From positions 1,193,859 to 1,257,858 of the forward strand of contig SMSO01000006.1 of assembly GCA_004764695.1 (NCBI GenBank): DNA of 64,000 nucleotides, given 5' to 3'. The notes under the pieces are model-generated. The model saw nothing but the letters and a program-made list of their open reading frames with translations. It was not told the origin of the DNA and made no database searches. Made by a program: the position numbers and the translations under genes. The first letter of the stretch is position 1. Each line of letters begins with the position of its first letter. This DNA comes from Schizochytrium sp. TIO01. Its lineage: Eukaryota; Protista; Bigyra: Labyrinthulomycetes. Positions 43,500-55,400 of this stretch are shown in pieces.

Positions 43500-46400
43500 A
43501 TGTCTTCGAGAGATTTTGCGATGGCGTTCGAGCCTCTTGTAGAGGCTGATGGCGAGGCAGACCCTCAGCTGATCCTTGCTTGCGGACAGAGACACATTCG
43601 GCTATTGGATGCGAACAACGGCGACAAACTTTGCGACTTTGAACTTCCACGCATTGGTAGCGACGACGCAAATATCGACGTCCAAGTGGTGTCCTTGCCC
43701 GCGACACGTCAATGTTTCGTCGCGTATGCCAATCGAGTGCTACCAATTCCAGTTCCACGCAGTGGTGAATCTCCTGTAGGATTTATTATTGCAATGGAAG
43801 GTCTTCTCAAGGCACTCGACATGTCAAACCAAACACTACTCCGAAATGTTGACAACGACTACGCGAAGCCCTCAGCCAGAAACTCCTTGCAGTCTCTCTT
43901 CCTCGAAGCATCTGCAGCATCGTTTCTTCTTGAGTGCCTCGTTGCGCAGATGCGTACACCCACAACACCTTTAGCGTATCGCGCTCGTGTGCGTAAGTGC
44001 CGTCTTGTAGAGCAGCTTGCCGCTGGGCTGGAACAAGTCCAGAAAGAGCAAGAGATTACTTCCCAGAGCGCAAAGATGCGGCAATGGAAGTCCATCGTAC
44101 GCCTAGAGGTACCACAGTTCTCCATGCTTCATATTTGCCGCACCCTTCAGCCCGTCCTGGAGGACTCATCTTCCACTGCGCTTCCTGCAATTATTAGTCT
44201 AATGGAACAGTTACACGATTTAATGATCCTGCCGAGCAACTTTGCGTCATTCTTCGTTATGTCGCAAACTGAGGACTTCAACAGTCAGCACGGGGCTTCA
44301 ACAATGGCTCAGCTAGGCATGCATCTCGAGCGTGAACGGTACTATAGCTTGTGCACCATGCATGAGGATGATGCTCGTATCCTGTCCCTGCGCACCGATG
44401 GCTCTGATGTGCGCCTCGCCCGACTTGCAGCCGCTGGATTTTTCTATCAACGGGGCCCAACTGATCGAAATGGCAAGTTTGTTCACTTTGAGTCAGGAGT
44501 TGGAATTTCTCTCACGTCTGCACTTGCTCGCAGGGTCGTACTCTCGCCATCCTTAGAGCACGCGCTCATGGCACCAACATCACGCTTTGTACTTCAAAAA
44601 ATTACTGCTAATGTTCCCATTGCTGAGTCCAAAGGTAGCAGCGAGCGGATTGGTCTATTCTCTGGCCAAAATGTACAAGAAGGAAATATCAAAGAAAATC
44701 CAGACAAAGACTCCATCTCTCTGATCCGGGCATGTCAGGACCCTAAAACCCCTGTGCTTGCCACTGCGACCTATGCAGGGCGAATTTTCTTGTGGACTGT
44801 GACTTGGAATGGGCTCAAGAAGGCCTTTAGTTTTGATGCGACTGCATCTGTGGAAGTTGTTCGCCGCTCCTCCGCGTCGTCTCCCCCCGTTACAACCTCA
44901 GCTTACTTATCCTCCAGTCGCATGATGCATAGCTCCTCCCACAGCTCTGGGTTTTCCTCCCCCCAAGTCCCGGGCACACGGATCAGTAAACTCTTTACTG
45001 GATTGCATGCTACTGCAGCAACTCCGCCACAAAGTCACTCCTTTGCTAGTGGTAGTGATATCTACGAACTGCCTTTAGCAGCATCAACCGATGCCCAACA
45101 ACAAAGCACAAAAATCTATTTTCCTACAGAAGTAGGTGATGAAGGAAAGACACTCCTTGCCTCTGCATGGAACCAGTTATCCAATCGTACTGTCAAGGAT
45201 GTTTGCATTTTCCCGAAACCCCGGCGTAGCTCGAAAAGATACTTCCGCAAACATAAAACACCAAAGGGTCAAGTACCGAGCAAGGGGTTCCATGGCCCGC
45301 AAGACTTGGCAGATTCTGATGTTCCAAATGATCCCATGTACCCGTCACGGTCTGGTATGGGCAGCTCGTCCTCCAAGCAACTTCAATGGTGGCAGCCATA
45401 CATTGTTGTAGAAATTCAAAGGGGTCCCTACACTGGCCAAGTTGGTTATATCATCGACGCTTCAGATATTGATCCTTCAACAGTGACTGGCCATCTCCAA
45501 ATTTGGCTTCACGGCTTTGAGGAAAAACTCAACATTAGCATCGCCGATGTCAAACCAAAAACTCCTTCCATAGGGGACCCAATTATGGTCCTCTCAAGCT
45601 CCTCTGGGCGTAAGGATGTCGGGAAGCTTGTATCTACGGACGGTATTAAGGGCTATGTCAAGCTCCGCCGAAGAGATACGGGTGCAATTGCTCGTGGCCG
45701 CGCCCCATACCTCTCCCTTCAGAGGCTTATGGAGGCGGACGGTGGCAAGCTTGACAAAAATGCAGTGACAAACCGTAAGTGTCACATGGAAAAAATCTTC
45801 AAACTTTCACCAGCCGCCGAGCTAGGCCTCGAGCAGCAAGAGATGGCTGTCAGAAACGAAGGTGCTGCTGCGGAATGTATGTTGATTGTGCTTATTAAAC
45901 ATGGTGAGGATGGAGAAAAGGAAGGAAATGCTCTTGCTCTCTTCAGACGTTCAAACTCATACACTGAGCTGATTCAGGTTTTACGACTTGAAACTCCTGC
46001 AGAACAAGTCATCGTTGTGCCGAAGAACCCCATGGTCCATGTTGTACAGGGATCAACGGTTTCGAGCTACCGCCTTGCTTTCAATTCAGAAAACTTGCTG
46101 GTCTTGGATCCTCGTCCCCTTTCCCGATTTAAGCTCCCGGTGGGAGATTCGCCTTTGCACATGTCTCTCATCCATGCGCCAGACTTGAAGTTTGGTTGTT
46201 CCGGGGAGGACAGCGTATCACTCATTCCATGGCCAACTACTACAGCAACAACACGCCGCCTTTCCGTTCCTACTGGAACTAACGTTTCGTTACCTACTGA
46301 TACCCAATCTACTTCAAACCCCTTAAGCTCAAGTCCTTTGGACAAAGATAGACCTTTGCATGAAAGTGGCGAACCTGGGGAGCAACTCTCTGCTAACGAA

Positions 46401-49400
46401 AACGACGTGCCAATAGCGACATCAGATTCACATAAAGATCCAGTATCACCTTCACTATCCTCATTACCACTTACTAATGAGCAGCCTAAGGACGTTCATT
46501 CGTCAACTGTTGTATCTTCTGGTACAGATGATGAGGAAGACGACGAGGACGACGAGGACGATGAAGATGACGACGAAGATGACGATGAGGACGACGACGA
46601 AGATGACGAGGACGAAGGACTGACTTCCTCAAATGCAACTCCCGGAAGCGAAGATTTTCACTCTTCAAATTCTCTTGTTGATAATACCGCTGGCACGTCC
46701 GGGGCAGGGCTCGCTTCCTCTGTAGCCCCACCTCTAGTTCCATTTTCACATAGCAAAAATCGTTTTCCTTCCCCGAAATCTGCAGTTGCTGCTATGGCTG
46801 AAGCTCCGGGCTCAGAGTTGCGAAAGGTCTTTTCTGCAAGCACCTTAACGTCAGAAATTGCACATATGCACCCACCATCACCCCGTTTTAAGCAAGTACC
46901 AAGTTCTAGCTCATATTGGCTTGCTGCCCTGTGCAATGATGGTACGTTGTTGCTGTGCCCAAGTAACCTTCCCTCGACAGATGCAGCAGCATGGAAGCTT
47001 TCCCTCAATCAGAACTTGACTACAGATAAGCCCACGTCAAGCTCCTCCTCTTCTATTAGCCAGCCGCACCACGGATTCTCGCGTCTCTCGCATGTTACTT
47101 TGGCGAAAAGTTTCTTCTGTTGTTCATCCAGTGTTGATGGAGAGCTTGTTTGTGCACGCTTTCCTGCCCCCCAAATAGTAGAATCAGACACCTTCTCGGA
47201 TTCCGCCGCAAAAGATTGGCAGATTCGCGCTTTGCATAATCTTGAAACTACCTATGAACAGCTGCAATGGGAACATCTTCCATTTCGCGCATTTCCTCCT
47301 CAGCGTGGGCGTCAGCGAATCTTTGCTGTTGGCCGATCTGGGTCAATGCTTCGTTGGCGTGTGCAAGGCCATCTCGGTGCTAATGGGTTAGAAACTGATG
47401 CTGATGCAGACGATGACGATGAAGATGTTCTTATTGAGGGCCCTCAGGTTGGGGTGTCTTCATCCGACGCTGCTGCAGCTGAAGGATCACAAATGGAAAA
47501 TTTGTCTGATCTTGCTATCGAATCATCACCTTTGCTTACTGATGAGACCTCAACTGCAAAAGACGAAGTGCACACAAAGAAACAAATTTTAGCAAAAGAT
47601 GTAATCCGTGAGAACAAGTCTGCACTGACCTGGGAGCTAGAGTTGCCTGAACCATCCGCGGTAAGCCGTCTCTTCGTTCATGTTGACCTCCAAATGCGTC
47701 AAACCACATCTGCAAGCCCTGCTTTGATGTTTCAAGGCAATCCTAGAGGTTGTGCAAGAGTTGGATTGCGCCCGCATCTTACAGAAGAGGGAAGCTATCG
47801 ATTCTTAACGATTGAGGCTTGGGTAAGGCCAGACTGGGGTGATGCTTCTAAATCTGATATGCCCAAGGAACAAACAAATACAGTTAACGATAGCTCCCAA
47901 CAATATATCCCTATTGTTTATAAAAGCACAATGGGATCTGATGGCATCGCACTTCCTCAATATGAGCTTAGTGTGAGCAAGACGGGGCGTGCACTCTTTA
48001 AAGTGTGGAAAGATGATGATGTTGTCTTCTCAACATCTGTGTTGAAAGGCGTAGGCACATCTCAGCCTGAGCTACGCCAAGGAGAATGGCACCACCTTGC
48101 CGCAATTGTAGGTCGCAGTGGTCTTGAGCTTTACGTGGATGGAGACTTATATGCTGCTAGCGAGCTCACTCGAGTATCAATACGCCCTGATGCCGATTCA
48201 AACCAATCACCGGCAGGTTCCGTGCCTCAAGCTGGCCCATTACCTTTGAAAAATGGAACATCTGGTACAGTGGCTGCAGCCTCTGTCTCTCAGTCGAACA
48301 TGGGCAGCGCGAGCTCTCCTGCTTATAGGTACGGGGCTCTTTGCATTGGTGGTGATGGTGAGTCAAGATCATTTCGTGGGTACCTCCGACATGTAAGACT
48401 TTGGGCGATGTCACGGACTCAGGAGCAAGTGCGCGACTGGATGCACCATAGTGTTGGCCCAAGCGTAGCCTCTGGCCGTGTTTCGGCTCAGATGACGACT
48501 GTGAATGGGGCAACTTCAAGTGGAATTCGTAAAGAAGACCTACGCGTCCAGGTAGACCAGGATCATGGTGGTGTGCCTCGGAGCAAAGTTGAGTCAATTC
48601 TCTCTCTTGGTGAAAGCGTAAACCTGATTGGATGTTGGCCATGCACTGAAACAGGCGGGGGTGGGGTATTGCCGGTCCATCAAGGGACGGTGGATGAAGC
48701 TAGTGATGCGGTACTTTCTGATCCCAAAGCTGCTTCTTGGGTCAATGTTCAGGTACCCTTGGTAGACTACAAGCCTTCACTTGCGCTGTCTGCATCCCTT
48801 GTGACTTTGTCAGGATCTAATGATGTACTTCTTGATCGCCAACCTTTAGAAGGCTGCGAAGTTTCTTTTGACCTTGGTGCCCATGTCGGAACCCGTTTGA
48901 GTATAACTTTGTATCCATCGCCTTCCGAAAATCTTGCAACTGTGACAGGAGTATCTCTAAGTCTGAAGGGTCGTTTATCAACGTCTGCAGCTCGCTACCG
49001 TGAACACTTGCAGGCTGTTGATAATCGCGACTTACTTTGGATTCCTCTGACCTCACTAAGTGCATTCTGGAAATTATGTGTTAGCGGCGCATTCACACGA
49101 GCTCTGGTTGATATTGCAACAAATCGTAGAATTTCATACGCAGGGTCTGATCTTCCTTCTCATGACAATCAAGGTGAACCCGATAACAGTTCTCTCGAGA
49201 ATGATTTGTCCGGAGACGGGGCTATTTCTGACAGTCAAGAGCCGGTTTCTGAGAGCATGCGACTGGGGGCTTTGCGTCTACTTGAGTATCAGCTACAAGC
49301 AGGGGTAACACGCTGCTTGGAGTTTTTAGATGGTGCCACGCTGGAGCGGTTCATGCGGACGAACTTTGTAGACGCTCCGAATAGCGCGTTAGGCGCGGAG

Positions 49401-52400
49401 GTTGCGGAGCAAGGTGGGGCGCTACTTCTGCATTTGTTAAATGCATGTGACACTGAGCAAATTCTTACCCTTCGTGGGATGATCCTTGATCTTGCGCTTC
49501 AAGTGTTAGGAGATGCAAGTGATCATGCAGATACTGTCGAAGGCGTAGAACAGCTCACTGCACTGATCGCACGCTGTTGGCCTGTCAAAGGTACTAAACT
49601 ATTTGATATGGCCTTTACGAGTGTAATGGAGCAGCTCTGTTCGATAGGAGATGAACTGGATAACAATCGCTCTGCTCACCACAACATGCTCCGTACTTTT
49701 TTCACTAACTTTTCTCGTCCTTTGAACGAACCGTTTATTCCACACGGGCGTGGTCGTGGTCCTCTTCTTACTGGCGACTTTGCAGAAACCTCAGGAAGCA
49801 ATGCGGATGGCTCAAGTGGTAATGGGTGGCGTCCATTTAAGGCGCCTAAGTTAGCCAAGACTGAAATTGGAAGCAAAGTTCACAAATCTCAAGGTGCTGC
49901 TATCGCAGCGGCTGTAAATAATGCTGCAAATTCTAATAATTACGCATCCCTTTCTGAGGGGTCAGTGGCAATTCATTCGAAAACATCAAACTCATCTCTT
50001 CAGGTATTGGATGGTGGTATAGAGATAGATAAACGGAATAAGTCTTCAAAGGCATCTCCAAAAGCTCGCCAAACTGCAGCTACAATTAGTGGTTCGCAAC
50101 CAGGTGATATAAGTGACAGCTCGTCGGTACAGATCAAGTTTACGAATGTCTTGCATTCACAAAAGGACTCGATCATGGTACTGAACTTAGGCAACTATTG
50201 TACAATTACAAACCTCTCGGCTGTTCCGTTTATCGAAAGTCTTTCTCCCTGGATGAGTGGTATGCTAACAGTGGAAGCCTGGAGATCCCGTCCGCCCATA
50301 GCTGGTGAGAGGTCGCTAATCAAGGCTGATGGGGTGGAAGTTGAGCTTTATGCATTCAGTGGTAGCTTCACCTACGATCGTGATGGCACAATTGGCGTAA
50401 AGAGTCATTTTCCAACTGTCGTTCCTCGCAATGTAATGCTGTACTCAGGTAAATGGTACTACGAGGTTCAACTAGTAAAAACAAGTGATGGCGTGGCTCA
50501 AATTGGTTGGGCTGATGCTGCATTCCAAGGAAGCGATGATGACTCAACAGGGACTGGTGATGATGAGCACTCATGGGCCTATGATGGACATCGCCAGAAG
50601 AAATGGAATAACGGATGCCATAGTTGGGGAAACAAGTGGTCGGACGGATTTATTGTTGGCTGTGCAGCTGATATTGATAATAGAGTTCTGAGCTTCTCTC
50701 TCAATGGCGTTTGGGCTCGCCCCATGGGTGTTGCGTTTAAAAACATCAATATCACTGGTGGTCTCTTTCCTGCCATCACAGGCGAACGTAACTTCCGTTG
50801 TCAGGTAAACTTTGGACAAAAGCCATTTGTTCATTCTATTCCGGACGGCCACCGACCTGTTTTTGATTGGATCAAACAAAACAAACATATTGTTGAGTCC
50901 ACGGGTACAGGAAAGCCTGTGACCACTGCCGAATCCTTCGCTAGCCAACGTGTAAGCCCAGTTGTGGACCTCACTGGCCTGTCCCAAAGCTCAATCTCAA
51001 GTGATCTCTATGCACATTCACAGAGCGCCCCAATGCTGTCCATTGGACGTTTCCCTGGAGGAGGGCCTGGTGTAGGTCTTCCGCCAGGGGCTCTAAATGC
51101 CTTTTCTGGTGTTAGTCAATCCACAAGTAGTAGTAGTGGTAGTAGCAGTACTGCTCTTCGTGCTCGTACAGGGGTCACATTGATTCGTTGTGCTGTCCGT
51201 GGTGGACAAACACGTCAAGCTGATTTGAAAGACACTCGCTTCATTGGTCAATGCGAAGCCCGATACCTTCGTATTGTATTTTCACCTCATTATGTTATCC
51301 CTACTATCCCTGCAATGGTTCTTTACAGTCGTGCTCCACTGCCTACCTTTCAGGACGATATATCCAAAAAGGGCATTTCCAAGCTTCTCGGGCAAGCCCA
51401 TGGAAATGGTGAAGAGGCAGATGTAAAAACTGGAGCCCTGAAGCCTAATGAGACAAATACTGTGCTTGAACAGATACTCAAGGCGCATGGAAATGTTGAT
51501 AGTTCAAACATGGAACTCTTAGATCACGAGGACGAAGACGACGACGAAGACGCAGAAGAAGATTCCGAAGAAGATGAGGAGGAAGAAGATGAGGAAGAAG
51601 GAGAAGATGTTGCAGCTCAAAGTGCTCATGCAAGTGCTGCAAGCCATCTCCTTGGTCAGGGTGGTGCCCAGGATGATGATGATGATATCTCATCTTATGC
51701 AAAGTTAAAATCTTTTTACAACCAAGGTCCGAGTATTAGTACCCCCCAAACTACCCACACTGATGGATTCGAGGATCTCACAGAAGAAGACTTGGAGTTG
51801 GCTAACTTGGAATCACAAGCTCTTGGCATGGAGATTGCAGAATTATCGGTCGGGTCTTCTACAGGAGCCGGCACGGGCGCGTCACTCCATTGGTCTAAGC
51901 CTTCACAGTTATCAATTCACGAGGATGACGATTCTGGTAAAGCTCAAACAAAGGATCCTGATGATGTAAAGTCCACCAACACGTCATCATCATCTACAAA
52001 TGCTGCGAATGCGCAGTGGCTGGGAACCTCTTCATCCAAAACACAATCAACTACTGAAGAGGATCAGATCCGTCAACTTAAAGGACTGCTTGCTCATAAA
52101 TCTGGCTATTCTAAGGATCAAATTCGCCAATTGAAGGGGCTCATTTCAAGTATATCGATCTCAAGCAAGCCTAAATCTTCGTCGCTGTCCTCTGTTTCCT
52201 CTGTAGCTGCTGCAGCAGCATCAGCAGCGGACACACTCTCACTTCTTACATCTCCCAAATCAACTAGCTCTTCGTCTTTCGCCTCTGACCTACATGCGTA
52301 CAAGAAGAAGAGCTTTCCTTCTACTGCTACCTCGAATGCCCAGGCGCTGCTGGCGCATGCCATGGCTAAAGCAGCAACCGGTGGTTATAGTGGCTCTGTC

Positions 52401-55400
52401 TCTGGGTCATCTTCTTCGTCAAAACGAAGATCTCGCCAAGGTGGCCCTGATGCAAATGTCACGGTGAAGTTGTACGTTGAAGGCATTAGGGATGCTGTAC
52501 CTCTAGTGTACGCACTTCCTGATAAACTTCGTTCTACTTATCTTATGGAGCATAAGTCTGTGGCCGAATCCAACTTTGTAACCACGTCTAATGAAGTTGA
52601 AAGAGCTCGCCGGAATCTTGAGCTTGCCTTGGAGCGCTTTAGTGGCAGCATTGGGACAGCCACAGGAGGTGTATGGGATGGTATTGATACAAGTCAGATG
52701 ACGTGGGAGGCTGCCTTGCAAGAGCTCGGCGAGGACCACCCTCTTTATCATGCCGTTGCAGCTGTGAAAACCGCTTTGTTAGATGGTGTTTTGACCAAAT
52801 TAGGAGAGAGTGAAGTTACACGTGAGCGCCTTGACTACCTGCATAGCATTATTGCACGAGTCGTAGAGGAGGAACGTAATGCTCAAATGGATCGCTTGCT
52901 TGCTAATAAAGCAGCCACTTCGTTGCCTAGCGATACTTCATCGACGCGGCGCTTTGGTGATCATGCTGGTGAACCTCTCCCATCCATGGTTGAGCCTGTG
53001 CCATCATTTCTCGAATCAGTTGAGCTTATTCGTCCTTCGCGGCAGCCAACATTGCGCGTTAGCCGCTGGTACCGAATGGTTGAGCTTTTGACCAGCCTTC
53101 TTGTTCGCAAGTTTCCGGATGAAATGGAGGATAACATACTACTTATGGGAAGTGAAATAACAGAGCGCAGGCCTTTCCTATCATTGCCATTACTTCACAA
53201 AATCTTTTCGCACTTTTGCGTTCATCATACCTGCTCAGCTGAACAAATTCGTGTCACTGGAAAACTTGTTCGTCGCGGTCTTCGTGCTCTAAGCTTATAT
53301 GACGAAACCGCTTCAGCAACGTTCGTATGTGACGTGTTGCGTGAGCACTTTTCTATTCCAAGCATTTTCCTTGGAATATCTCAAGCTTTTCCTGAGCGCC
53401 CCGTTTTTAACTTACTCAAGGCTATTGTCGAAGGTCCAAATGCAACTTTAGCTGTGCAACATCTCCTTGCCCTTCTCGATAGTGTTGGATCTAGTAGCGT
53501 GAACGAGGTATTGGATAACTTTCCACTAGTGAGTTGGACTATGGTTCTCTTGTCTCACGCGTTGGAGTCCGAAGCACGATCGTTGGCTGAACGTGCGATG
53601 CTTCCTGCTTCTGCTCTTGCAGGTGCCCGGGCAATTCACCCAAATACTGTTTGTGCTGTATGTGGAGCTACCCCAATTGTGGGTCCGCGTTATCACTCAG
53701 TTAGCTTGAGTGATTATGATCTGTGTGAGCTGTGTGAAGGCGCTGGGCGTTACCCGGATGAGACGCACGTGTTCCTTAAAATTCCACGCCCTCTTCCCCT
53801 ACCCTCAACTGCTGATCAGCCGCGTCGGCTTCCAGTGGGCCCACTTCTGCCTGGTCTGCGTACAATGTTGCCTGCGGAAGTGGAGGCACAGAAACAGCAG
53901 CACCAGAGTGATATCCAAAACCAGCAGCTAGAAGGCCATCAGCATCAGAGTGATGCAAACAGCATGGCATTGGACTCTAAGCTGGCCCCCACTGTTAGTG
54001 GACAGTCCGGTGCCTCCGATATTATGATGACATCAAGTAAAGTTGATGCTGATGACGACAATGATAGTAGTGCGAATGTCGCTTCGTCTGCGGGGGCGTC
54101 AATGATTGGAGACCTTGGTTTAGATAAGAAGCACAATGCAGAATTGACAGACTCAGACTCTGATGTCTCTGATGATGCAGGCAAAACCACTCCCATGGAA
54201 ACAGTTGCTGGGCCAGTCCACGAAGGAACGGCTTGCGATGGTTGTGGAATGAAGCCAATAGTGGGCATTCGTTTTAAATGTGTAAATTGTGATGAGTACG
54301 ACCTCTGTGCTCGTTGCGAATCTGTGCAGGAGTCTCGTCGTTCTCATTTCGCCATGCACGCTTTTGTGAAGCTCCGGGCTCCTCTTCCAGACGAATCAGA
54401 CAAAACCTCAGAGGCACTAATTCCTGAACAGTCTCTTGTAGCTACTTTACTGCACCCGTCGTTGTATCACAAGGTGCGCCGCGCTGAGCAGGAACTTGAG
54501 GCTCTGACCGGGTCTCGTCAAGCGGATGCAGCTGGCACTGTGTGGTTAGATTCTGATGGCCAGTCGACTTCTGCACCAGGTAGTGCGGGCAAATCTGTTT
54601 CACGAATGACTCCGCTCTCTGTAGATGGAGAGGATCCGACTCTTATCAAACTTGCTCGCCGTAGAAGCCACATTCTGAATACTACCGGTCGCTTCGGTAA
54701 ACCCTCTGTGTTGAATCCGTTCCATGCAGCAGCTCTGTCTGCAAGTGAGTCAAGCGTACTGGACTCACCTCCATCTCGTCGAATTCGTGGCTCACGCGTT
54801 TTTGCTGGTGTGCATATGGAATTTGGCAATGCATTCCTAGTGGATGACGATGATGATCGTACCGACGATGGAAACGCACCATCATCCGCAGAGGACAATG
54901 ACGCTCTCCGCATTATTCTTGGTCTAATCACTTCCCCTGCTCTTCTGGCCCCTCTCCAACTAGAGTTGTTTCTGATTACAGCAAAGGTACTTGAACAAAT
55001 TGCTGCGCGGGCCTCCACAGAAAGCGTTAAGTCCGGATTTCTAGAGCAATCCGTGTTCGACGACTTGTTGCGTCGTACAGCTAACTTGTCTGAGCCGTTT
55101 GTGCATGCTTCAATCCTACGCATTATTGAAACACTTTGTTCAAAGCCAGGAAATCAATCAGTTCGTGCGGCCTTGCGAGAAAAGACTATTGCTGTCTTGA
55201 GCCCCCCTCCTCAGGCACCCGCTTTTGTTTTGGAACTCCTTTTGATTGCACTTGGGCCAACCGAGGGAGAGTCAGATTCATTGAGCAATGGCTCCAACGT
55301 CGAGCCTCTGAACCGTGCTACGTCGGAATTGCCTGCGGAGCTCAAACCCCATCCGTTACGAAGAAATGCTTCTGTACCAAGTGACTTCTTGCCAGGATCA

